Source of the DNA: Halocafeteria seosinensis
Taxonomy: Eukaryota
DNA: 33,557 bases
Direction of reading: 5' to 3'
NCBI GenBank assembly: GCA_001687465.1
Contig: LVLI01000218.1
Location: 62,001-95,557 of the forward strand
The translations under genes and the position numbers were made by a program. Below the pieces are notes generated by a model. It made no database searches, was not told where the DNA came from, and was given only the letters and a program-made list of their open reading frames with translations. Positions 11,479 through 22,200 of the stretch are shown here, piece after piece (position 1 is the stretch's first letter; each line of letters starts with the position of its first letter).

Positions 11479-12301
11479 TTACAAGTTCTCCAAGATTAGA
11501 TCTTTGTCCTGTCTTTTGGCGGCTGCCGCAGCGCTCTGGTGAGTACTTTGAGGAAACTCTCCAATGGAATCAGCCACGCTTCCGACCACTCCGCTAATAA
11601 AACTCTGACTGGGTTTAATGCCGTACTGTCTCTGTTGCTGGCCGGGCTTCTCCGAAGCTGTTGCGAAGCCTCGTTCATACAAGATCGTTGAAGGAGGGAT
11701 GTCGTGCACTGGACGGCGAATTCGTCTGCCGTGGCGACTACTATCTGATATCATATCTCTTTCGTTATCCATCATGACGCGTGCGGTTCTGAATCGCAGA
11801 GAATATACCAGTCTCCAACCGATCCTCTAACCGAATGGCAATGTACTTACGTGGACCACTCTCCCTGGTCATCCAGTCCCCTAAGGCCATTTCCCGACGA
11901 AGTCCCAAGTTCAGGGGCTCCATAGTGTTTCTTCTGAGATGGCACTGGGTCATGTGGCGGAGCAAGGTCTTCGTTCAACCCCTGGTCAGTCATAACACAT
12001 AACGCAAGTCCATCACAAAGCACCACCAGCTAGGCAAACTTACAGATCGTGTAACATGTTTTCCTTCTACTGTACTCCTTGTGTTTTTGTGGACAGGGTT
12101 TCCTGCCCAATCTGTTTCGAAGGCCCCCATCGAGCGCTTTTGTTTCAACTCGCGAGCCTGCTGTTTGACTGCTTCTCTGGTTTCGCCTGGTGCTTCCATC
12201 GTCGACGGATCGAATGTCTTCGGTGCTGTCTCTTGGCGGTAATTCCTCCCATCATCGAAACGTGCCGCTTCCGCGGCCACTTGCATCTCTGATTTTTCCA
12301 T
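11479..12301 (-). CDS. Hypothetical hydrophilic, probably disordered protein; exons 12301-12044, 11981-11851, 11788-11479
   Basis: Two 62-nt GTAAGT...CAG introns join the 11990-12301 and 11479-11775 ORFs in frame through a middle exon (GLNEDLAPPHDPVPSQKKHYGAPELG...). Confidence 0.7.
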
Positions 12302-12647
12302 TGTGGTAATGTAAATTGCCGATCTTGTGTTCAGAGTTGACGGGATTATTGCCCCATCTGCATCAAGTATGACTAAGTTTTTCCCAGTGTTAGATGTGCT
12401 AATCTATTACGCAAAGATACTCAATGCGGCCTAAAATATGTAGTGAAATGGAATTGGTGTACAGTTTGTTGAACCATAAACGGCTGCGATATTCCACACT
12501 TCAACCAGAGAATTGCCCGGGGTACGATTTGTACCACGGTACAAAGTGGAACATTCATAGGAGTGGAGTAGATGGACACCGGAAACAAGACACTACTGCA
12601 GCAGTAAATCACTCAGTTAGCCTGTGCCGTATATTAATGACGCAGAA

Positions 12648-13959
12648 TTATTTGGTCTTCTTGGTATCCGTCTCCGGATCGGAGCAAGAATCCTTGGTGT
12701 CGTCGTCTGAGGAAGAATCACCACCATCCTTCGTGATTTTTCCCTCTTCAACCAATTTAGAGGCTTTCTTGGACTTCCCATAGTCGTTTTCGATAATCTC
12801 AAAGATCTGCTGCTGTCCCTTGTTCTTCTTGATTTTGTCGGGATGCTGGGTTCCGCCAGTTTCTTCGCTTTGACCGTAGCGGACTTCAGGGAACTGTTCC
12901 CATATCTTTACCGCTTCAGACCAAACAACCGGCTGAGGATCGCCAGGTTCCCAATGAGTTCCACAAAACATATCAGCAATCATTAGAAGCCCAAAATTGA
13001 CGTTGTGGTACATGTGCTGCAGGGGATAACAAAAGGAAATCACTCCACCGTTTCTGTATGCAACTCGAAACAGAGACTTACGTGGGCATTGTGCTTGTCC
13101 CCATTGGCAAAGTCTCCTGTGTATCCGGAATGAGCTCCAGAGCCGGTCATCATACCCCATCCCATTGGGAATATGTATACATAGTATGGAATTCCCAAGC
13201 ATGCAAAGGGTAATTGCATGCTAAAACTAAAGATGGCGTACTCGACCGGATGAACATATGTTGCACTGATAGCGCTCTGAGGGGCAATATGATGCATGCG
13301 ATGCCAGTTCTCCCAAGCGTAGGGCGTGTGCATAAATCGATGCCTGCGTAGGAAAAAACACAAGGCCCTAAGTTGGATCCCCCAACACGTATAATCGGCA
13401 TGACCTGCTTACCCCCAATACCACATAAAATCCGATATAATCATGAGTCCGAGAAAGACAGGGGCCATAAGATACCAATGTGCCCACCACCAATCGGCCA
13501 TGTGGACGTGTGTCACCTCCCAGATAGGGTTGATGAGGAGGATGGAGACGAGCGGCCAGACGACCAGCTGGTTATAGAGGACGAGTGGAACCATTTTCAA
13601 CTGCATCATCCACGAAAGAAATCCCATTGAATTACATACTTGCATAGGTCAATCTTTCTACTCCTTGTTCATAGGAGTCTCAGGGACTGATGGCATACCT
13701 GTTGATACCAAAATGGCTCCAGCGGATGCCGCGTCGGTAACTTGTTTTGCTCGAGTTGCTCGTTTTTCCAGTTCTTGTAGTCCCAGTGCATGTAAATGGT
13801 GAACCCAACCCACGTCATGACAAACTGGGCCAAGCAGACAACGAAATATGTTCCCCAGTGAGGCTCCCGATCAAAATTCATAGTGACAGAGAGAGCTTTC
13901 CTTGCCAGTGGGGCGAAGTGGCTCCACCCTTGGCTGAGAATAGCTGCAGTGGACTCCAT
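12648..13959 (-). CDS. Sterol desaturase / fatty acid hydroxylase superfamily membrane di-iron enzyme; exons 13959-13699, 13600-13413, 13343-13082, 13016-12648
   Basis: Histidine boxes DFMWYWG|HRFMH, HRMHH and HNAH|H, plus YVHPVE, AHSGY, NFG and DMFCGT; several hydrophobic helices; about 359 aa. Confidence 0.9.
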
Positions 13960-14739
13960 TTTAATGTACACCGCGTGCAGATTTCGCAAACAGGGAGCAG
14001 AAAATTATTCAAAGGATAATGAATACAAGTTCTGACCCTGGAGGTGTCTCACAAAACATACTATTTATGAAGGTAAAGTGCGGACGGCCGGGCAATATGC
14101 CGGGAGCCTTCAACGTCGCCCCCAGGAACTGCAGAACTTTTAGGACGTCCAACTTGGACGGTCCAAGGGCCCCAAGCCAAGTTGACGCAAACAAAAGCAA
14201 ATTACGATGGGTATTTTGGAAAAATATAGGAGAGTTTGATGCTATGTCTTGCCGTGAAACACATCGAAGGTCCTTTGCCTAACTACGGCCCGTCTACGGG
14301 GTTTATTTTCACTTCCGTTGTAGAGGAGCATATGTGTCTACCATGGCCGTCACTTCAGTTACTGACTGCAACAACGTCTATAAAATGCAGTGAACCCAGG
14401 AGAGAAGGTGTAAGTAGAACCGGGAATGTGATAGCGCGTGGATGACATAAAACTCGTCTTTGGTCCGAGACACCTAACCAGATCAGTCTAGGTTAGGAAA
14501 TGATTCCATTCTCAGTTACTCTCTCGGAAAATTTTTAAGTATCTAGCTTTCACAAATGCAGTCAATATCGTTACAAACTGTGACGGCAACTCTCCAACAA
14601 GAGCAGCATGTCTTTCCTTCTTTTGTTCGTCTGGCTACAAGTTGAGAGCGATTAGGTTGATTTCATCAAAATCGTAGTAACGATAGTCCCGTCAAGAAGA
14701 ACACTTCGTCTCAAACGATGTCTTGAACGAGCAATGCCA

Positions 14740-15358
14740 TCATAAATAGGACATTAGCCGACCTCCATGATATAGCAATGAGGCGAAGCCGATCATTCCC
14801 AGGTGGACAAGTCCCCATCTGTTAGGATAACCTTTTGAGTAGAGATAGGCCTGTCCAGCAGAGAGCAATACGCCCGTGCCTGCACACATGGAATACTTTG
14901 AAATGGCGGACGTTGATTTGAGGACAGTATACGTGGACGTACCGAAGCCCTCCACATGCCCAATGTAGATGTCTTTTTCCTTTAGTTGCTTATCCTTATG
15001 AACCCTGTTGAAGTGATACGTAGATAGGAAGAATCCGACCGTACCAGCAGCTGCAAAGGATGTTCCTATCACACCATGCCTAGCCATATGCGCTGTATGA
15101 AAACGAAGTATGTCAGACCCGCGGCATTCCTTCATTGCCTAAAAACGTACCAACGTAGATGCCTCCCGCACACGACAAGGTGGCTCCTACCGACATAAAC
15201 ATAGGAGGAGCGCCGTCATTCCTCCCCTTGAAATCATCCATATCGTCCAATTCATCAAGGTCTTCGTCTTCCAGTACCGGGTCCTTGAATGGGTCCTCCT
15301 CCTCATCATCATCTTCGACCCTATTCCATAGTGCTCTTAGTGGACCCGACGGCATCAT
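14740..15358 (-). CDS. Small multi-pass membrane protein with acidic N-terminus, weakly TMEM14-like; exons 15358-15151, 15092-14943, 14879-14740
   Basis: Two GTACGT...CAG introns (58, 63 nt) give a 165-aa product with about four Gly/Ala-rich hydrophobic segments (GATLSCAGGIYVA, SFAAAGTVGFFL). The family call is tentative. Confidence 0.6.
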
Positions 15359-15585
15359 AAAACATTCATGAGGTTTCTACAGTATTAATACAAGTCATAC
15401 TATGCAGTCATAGGTTGACTCGTAGCACAGAAGCTACAGATAACTCGCGAGGTGAAGTTGTGAAGCCCGACGAATCGGCGACGATGTGGCCAGACAGCCA
15501 GCCTAGTATCAGTGCAGAAGTTCATCGGAGAAAAGGGTTGGTTTATCGGTGGTAAGTGTGACAGCGCAAGTGTGGGCAACTGGAT

Positions 15586-16872
15586 ATGGCGGTCGCAGGA
15601 GGACACCAGAGGCCTCAGACTAGTGAACAATCTCCATGGAGGATGTTCACGTCACGATCGTTAGGCAAGTACTATTGGACTAAAGGAGATAAGGAGACAG
15701 CCCAATGGGATCCACCAGTACTACCAGAGACTGTGCTATTCAATGGACTAGCTCTAGGATGCAAAGATGATAGCACGTTCTCCCTGTCGAGGTTATCGCC
15801 TTTTGATCGGAGGAATATGTGGAATCGTTGGGCACAACATTCTGGTGTTCAGCTCAATGCGGAAGTACAGTCTCACATGCCGTCTAGTGTATCCCAGAGC
15901 CAAACAGAAACTATTAAATTTATTGAACGTGCTTTCAAAGCAATACGAAATCACCTGGATCAGTTATGGGATAACGAGCAAGGATGCTTTTTGCTGTCGG
16001 TGCCTCGACCTCCGAAACTACCTGAACGCAAGTGGCCGATAATCCCGAAGTACCCGCAAGTTTCAAAGAAGGACCAATGGACTAGCCCACAACTGTTACC
16101 CAACAATACTATAAGAGAAATTTACGATTACCGAATGGTATACACAGGAGATAACAATTCGATGCGAGTTTCGAGTGCTATCTGTCCCTTGGAAGGAATG
16201 CACTTGTATCGACTCATCTACGAGAATGGTTTCAAGAAGACACTGGAGATTGGTATGGCGTGCGGTCTTTCGGCTCTCTATATATGTGCCGCTCTCGCCG
16301 ATCTGGACAAGGATAGCACCGCTACGGAGGAACGTAAGCATTTCTCTATAGATCCATTTCAGACAACTCAGTGGGCCTCTGCGGCAACCACGCAATTAAA
16401 AAGGGCCGGTTTGGAACAGTATTCACAACACATTGAGGAGTATGCTCATGTCGCCATACCACAGTTGGAGAAAAATGGGCATAGCTTTGACCTAGTATTT
16501 GTGGATGGAATGCATTTGTTTGATTACACATTAGTAGACCTTTTCCTAGCAGACAAAGTGCTCAGGGTTGGCGGCCTACTGGTAAGAATGCCCATGAATT
16601 TATTAGGTACGCTTGCAAGAAATATTACGCGTATTCAACGTTCGCAGGTGCTTGACGATATTAAACATCCAGGTGTGGCAGATTGCTTGCAGTACATCAT
16701 GAGCAATTACACACACTGGCACTTTGTGAGAACTCATGATTGTAGTGACACTTCCGGTTGCTTCATCAAGATTGCTCCGGATATGCGCAAATGGAGCGAT
16801 CATGCACCTTGGTCCGGTTGTCGGTCGACATCAGATGATATGTCCTCAAATAAGCGACAGAAACTAGTATAA
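15586..16872 (+). CDS. WW domain + class I SAM-dependent methyltransferase (Methyltransf_24-like); probable in-frame intron 16582-16647
   Basis: N-terminal PWRMFTSRSLGKYYWTKGDKETAQWDPP (W...YY...QWxxP). C-terminal TLEIGMACGLS (motif I), SIDPFQ and FDLVFVDGMH. Removing the 66-nt GTAAGA...CGCAG intron restores LRVGGLL|VLDD. Confidence 0.85.
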   Translation: MAVAGGHQRPQTSEQSPWRMFTSRSLGKYYWTKGDKETAQWDPPVLPETVLFNGLALGCKDDSTFSLSRLSPFDRRNMWNRWAQHSGVQLNAEVQSHMPSSVSQSQTETIKFIERAFKAIRNHLDQLWDNEQGCFLLSVPRPPKLPERKWPIIPKYPQVSKKDQWTSPQLLPNNTIREIYDYRMVYTGDNNSMRVSSAICPLEGMHLYRLIYENGFKKTLEIGMACGLSALYICAALADLDKDSTATEERKHFSIDPFQTTQWASAATTQLKRAGLEQYSQHIEEYAHVAIPQLEKNGHSFDLVFVDGMHLFDYTLVDLFLADKVLRVGGLLVRMPMNLLGTLARNITRIQRSQVLDDIKHPGVADCLQYIMSNYTHWHFVRTHDCSDTSGCFIKIAPDMRKWSDHAPWSGCRSTSDDMSSNKRQKLV

Positions 16873-17112
16873 AAGACATTAGAATGTTTTGTATTGCCTG
16901 CGTTGTGAACTGGCTGCAGACTTGGAGTTGAAGTTCTGCAGTTGCCGTTTACTCTCAAGGACATTGAAGATTCAGAATATCGTTAATTCCAACGAGCCAT
17001 TACAGTTTGTCTGGTTGATTGTCGTGGCTGAAAAACCCATGATATACACCAATAAAGCACTCTTTCTCCATAGAGCATTTGTTGAACAGTTGAGTTGTGT
17101 ATTGCATTAGCC

Positions 17113-18182
17113 ATGTCTTTGGCGTCGGGATCAAATGCTGGCGTGCTACGAAGGAGAGGCCTTCCCGAAGGCACAGACCGAAAGATTAAGGAGAACCCGA
17201 GATACAAACACGTCAAATCCACACTAGACACAGGCCCCACAACAAAAAAGCAGCATATACCGAGTAAGTACTTGAATGGACACTGTGGAGAATTCTAACG
17301 CTTCATTTGAATGTCTTTCACGGTTGCGTTGATTTCGCAGCAACACGCGAGGTTACCAAGCGCCGTGACGAAATTTTTGAGAGAATCAGACCGTTGGAAC
17401 TGTACTCCATGATTGTTGAATACGAAGAGGTGCGTGATTGTGCTTTACTGGCATGTGAGCCCAAGTTCCCACTACCGTTGGTGTATGTACAGGGTCAAAA
17501 CACTGGCACGGAAGGAGGTCCGCAGATTGTAACCATCCCTGCAGCTGCAGACAAAGATACCAGCAAACCTTTCCTCTTAGTCGATGCGCGTGATAAAGAG
17601 GCATACGATCAGTGTCATCTAATGGAAGCGATCAATTTCCCAGCCATACTACTTAATCGGGACAAGATTGATTATCAAATAATGCAATATGTAAGCCCAG
17701 CTTTGCTCATGCCTGGCTAGGAAACATTTAGGCGAATCAGTGCCCTATTTCAATGTGGTATACAGAAGAATAAGCCAGACTGTTGTATAGTAATATATGA
17801 TGAGAATGAGTCCGTCGCACCATCGGTGGCTGGCAAATTGGTTGAACGTGGCTATGAGAATGTATATCTGCTTACTGGAGGCCTGAGAGTAGTTGCAAAA
17901 AAATATCCGTTACTTATAGATGGTGAAATACCCGAGGGATTGGTTCCCTCCGAAGACTCTTCACCCAGAACCGCTCGAACAAATGGCCAAGGAAGTTCAG
18001 TTACCCCTAGGCATCCCTCGGCATCGTCCAGAAGGTCAAGAAAGGACGCTAGTGCTGCAAATGGAAAACTAGTAGATCGAATTAATGAAAATGAGGGCAG
18101 AACTCCCGTCTCACGGAATGGAGGCAAAGCTTACTCAAGTGCCCGAACGACAGAATCTAAACGTCCAGCAAGATATCTATAG
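17113..18182 (+). CDS. CEP41: Centrosomal protein 41 (rhodanese-like domain); exons 17113-17263, 17341-17429, 17493-17690, 17766-18182
   Basis: NPRYKHVKSTLDTG, RRDEIFERI, PFLLVDARDKEAYDQCHL, Y|KNK, IVIYDENE and ERGYENVYLLTGGL are characteristic CEP41 blocks. Confidence 0.88.
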
Positions 18183-18311
18183 CTCGCCAAAATCGGGAAG
18201 CCGTATACATAAATAATGCTACTAAATATACCAAACCAAGATGCATTTCAAGACAGTATATTTTGCACACAAGCCATCAGATTCCGACCTCATAACTTCT
18301 GCACCAGTGCG

Positions 18312-18782
18312 TCAATCCTGGTCCTCCTCATCATCTTCATCCTCTTCGTCTTTCTGGTCTTCGTCCTCTTCTTTAGGTTCATTCTCAACTGCATATGTTT
18401 CTTCGTCTAGACTTTGGAACGCTACAATATAGGTCGGTTTTTCTCCTTTCCAGGCCAATTTGAAAAAGCATATATAGTGCGTTTGGTTCGTAACGCTAAC
18501 GCCATATGAAGTACCTGCTATACAGTGCCATATTCCCCCATGGAGGGATTCCATCTTTTTCTTTATAGCCGTAGCCTGATCTTTCTCCAATACATGTGAT
18601 ACCAAAGCCTCCTTTGCAGCTTCAATAACGTTGGTCTGCATTTCCTGCGACATATCGGATCGCAATATCGTTGGGGGTAATATATCCTCCTTCTTTTTCT
18701 GTGGCTGCTTTGTTTGCTGCTGCTGTTGCTGCGTCCCAGACTTTCCACCGCTCCCTGTCCCTACCTGTTGCTCTGTCGACAT
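18312..18782 (-). CDS. Dynein light chain type 1 (LC8) family protein with Gln-rich N-terminus and acidic tail
   Basis: SDMSQEMQ...EKDQATAIKKKMESLHGGIWHCIAGTSYGVSVT; intronless 156-aa ORF. Confidence 0.9.
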   Translation of the reverse strand: MSTEQQVGTGSGGKSGTQQQQQQTKQPQKKKEDILPPTILRSDMSQEMQTNVIEAAKEALVSHVLEKDQATAIKKKMESLHGGIWHCIAGTSYGVSVTNQTHYICFFKLAWKGEKPTYIVAFQSLDEETYAVENEPKEEDEDQKDEEDEDDEEDQD

Positions 18783-19218
18783 CTTTCTTGATTTGTTATC
18801 TTGAACTTCCCCGTGCTATCACAACTTGACCGTTGGTGGGTGGTTTGTGTTGAAAAGGCTCTCCCTCGACTACAATGACGCTACTCCGTTCACAAGCTTG
18901 CTCTATGCAATCTTAATTAACTGTTCATTTAACCAGATTCCCGAGATATACAAAATAATTCAATGCACGAGCTACTACTGGCATGAAGCAATTGGGTCGA
19001 CATTCCCACCGTGCAAACAATTCGTTCACTTTCGATCTGCGATGATTCCCGACATTGCCACACACAGGTTTCCGGCCGATGTGATGGCCATACGTGCATT
19101 GTTTCCCCAATATTGGAAGAAGGAGTGGACAAGCAACCTTGTGGCTCGAACTGGTCCTGATAGTAGGGAGAATTGGATAATATAGACAGGAATTCTCGCC
19201 GGCGACACCAACTCGACC

Positions 19219-22200
19219 ATGCGTAACTTGGAGACTCTGGAGCATAGACGCTCCTGCATCGGTCACAGTGCCCATGGGGCTGACCCTATTGTTGCTATAG
19301 CAGTAGATACGAGCGGACGAACTGTCAGTGATGTAGCACCCGAAATAAAACAGGTAGCAGGGACTGCAGCGAGCAGTCTGGTGTACGCACTGACACGGGA
19401 AGGAACTGTGGTATGCGTGGATGAAGTCTCGCAGGGTCGAAGTGATAAGGATAATGTTGCTATCACAAACGGAGAAGGGGATGGAGCTTTCAAGCAAAGT
19501 TCTCATGTTGTATGGAGCATCCAGCTTCCAGTTGCTACGAAAGAGGAAATGGAGGACGACGCTCCTGCTAGTGAGTGGTTCCACGCTACTTTCCTGGCGG
19601 AATTTGATTCGCTATTCTTAGCGAACCATGATGGGAGATTACTGATGCTGGATGTTTTATCTAGGGAGACCAGCGATGTTGGAACCATCGAAGGAGTAAG
19701 TTTGTGGGTCAGAGTCTACCTTCAAGTTTGATCTGAGTAATGTGGGCCTACACTTGTTTCACAGGGAGTACTCGCTGCGGATTGGACTGCAGACCAGGAA
19801 ATGGTTGCGCTGGCTAATGCTAATGGAAATTTACTAGTCTTAACAGCTCATTGGGAGGTTAGTGTCTCCTGCCAAAAGACGTGACTTATATTGCACCAGA
19901 TGCAATTTCACTTGGAACCGCAGGTGTTAGCTGAAGTACCTTACGAACCACCGGAGTCATCATCTCCAACACATTTATGCTGGAGGCACGACAACCAATA
20001 CTTGGCGTTAAGCACTTGCGATGCATCCACATCCCAGAGGACGCTGAGGGTGTGGACACAGGATTTGACACTCCACGGTGTCGGGCGACATGAAGATAAT
20101 ACCAATGTAGCTGACCTCCAGGCGTCTCTTCACTGGAACCCGAACGGGAGCTTGATAGCGATGCCACAAGTTAAGAGAGATGTGCTACAGATTGTGTTTT
20201 TCGAAAGAAATGGGCTCCGGCATAGAGAGTTTGTGTTGCCCTGGGTAGATCCTCCGATTCAATACGTGTCCTCCTTATGCTGGAATGTGGGAGCCGACTT
20301 GTTGGCTGTTTGCCTTACGGATCGGCACCAACCTTACGGTTCATCGGCGCTCCAATTATGGTATCGAGAGAACTACCATTGGTATTTAAAGCAACACATC
20401 GAGTTTCATTCCCAAAACTGTCATCTCGAGGAGATCTCATCGATCGAATGGGACCCAGAGAATGCCTATACTCTTCGGGTTGCGACGACAGATCGTAGTA
20501 CGCTATCCAGATCTTTACACCTCGTGCACTTCGACTGGAGCTACTGCATTAGCAAAGGGCCGAAATGTAATTCAGCCGTCATCGATGGGAAAGCATTAAA
20601 ACTAACATCATTCAAACACGCTATTGTAGCTCCGCCCGAGAGCTATGCCACCCTGGAATTTTCTTCGACTCTTTATAGTGCATGCTTTGAGCCGACTTCA
20701 ATGCATCATAAAATGCTGGGCTCGGATGACTTCCTGGCGGTCACAGGAGACAACCGTATCGCTGTCTTGACGTGCTCTGGATACTTGTGTGTTTGCGTCT
20801 CTGGTCTAAACTCCCCTCGCAGTAGACAAGCACGTTCTGGAAAGCTAGTAGTGGCTGTGCAAGACGAAGAAGGTGACTTCTGGTGTGAAGGAGGAGTCCC
20901 TTCCTATTTCGACGAAGACAGTTCTTTACCCTGGGGCGGACAATTGAAAGTGAATGTAGCGGAGCTCATGGGCTACAGTCTCTCTTGCATCCGCTGTCTT
21001 AGGTGGGTGAGTGCAGACGTAGCGTATGCAGCGGGACAGTTAGTTGCAAACTATTGCTTCGTATTCGTAGCCGAAGAAGATGACAGTTATAGTCACAAGG
21101 ATATTCTGGTTTTACTTTCCCTTTCTAAGCCGCAATCGGGAGAGTTGACATCCACAGTGCGCAAATTTCCAATTCGTCAAGGAAGAGTGCTTCAAGTGTG
21201 TAGAGACGAGCTAGTCCGCGATTTTGTCCTATTCCAGCTAAGTGACGGAAGCGTATTTGAATTAGCGACTCGCGACGGCAGTGTCAGTTTTCGGACGAAA
21301 ATTCCAGAGGCTTCTACCAAAATGCTGCTACTTCCGCCAAAAGTGCCAGTTAAGGACGTAGAGGAACAGCACGGAGACGCAGATATCCAGGAACGAGAAT
21401 CAGTGGACACGGACGAAGCTGCGACGGGTAGCCGCTCGGAGAGTTACTCTTTGCATTCACACCTCACCGCCACTACCCCGTCGTCCTTTCTTGTGTCGCT
21501 GAGCAGTTCCTCCGGTAACTTATACCTCGAAGATAGACTTATTTGCCCAGCATGTAGCTCTATTGACACTCACTGGAGTCTTTCGCGATGCATGGACGCA
21601 TCCAGGGAGTGGAAGGACTATGTTAGTACCCGGCTTGTATATTCTACTCTTGGCCCAATTCCTGACCTTTGTTTTGCATCCCGAGAAACCCTAGAAGCAC
21701 TTACGAGCGTCGACCAAAAAGGCGAGCATAACGCGAAGCTATTCGAAAACAATGCGTTTGATCGAAAGGGTATTAGGCCCCTAGAACGCGGAGCGAGAAT
21801 AGTATCTGCCATTCCATGGGAGGCAGAAGTCGTCCTCCAAATGCCTCGTGGGAATTTAGAGGGAATCTTTCCCCGTACGTTGGTGTTGGCAAATACGAGA
21901 TACTTTCTGGACACTCAACAGTACCGCCATGCTGTGGAAGTAATGCGACGTCATCGGATTGACCTCAACCTATTGGTAGACCATGACCCTTTTAGCTTTA
22001 AGAAATGTGCAGAAAAGATGGTTGGTCAAATACGACATCATGATAGGTGGGACTTGTTCCTTTCGGCCCTAGAGAACGAAGACGTCACTAAGACAAGGTA
22101 TCCTCCTCCTCCTGCATCAACTCGAAGCATTTCCGCTTCACAGACGATAATCAGCACCAATGAGGAAAGCCAGGGCCCATGGGAGAATGTCAGCAAAAAA

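Noticed and set aside
14009..14445. Short ORFs between the desaturase and the TMEM14-like gene
   Set aside because: No motifs or consistent splice model; likely promoter or UTR sequence.
8496..17492. Five stop-free introns of length 3n (8496-8558, 8724-8792, 14880-14942, 16582-16647, 17430-17492)
   Set aside because: Five of roughly 45 short introns is about what chance predicts, so there is no evidence of a special mechanism.
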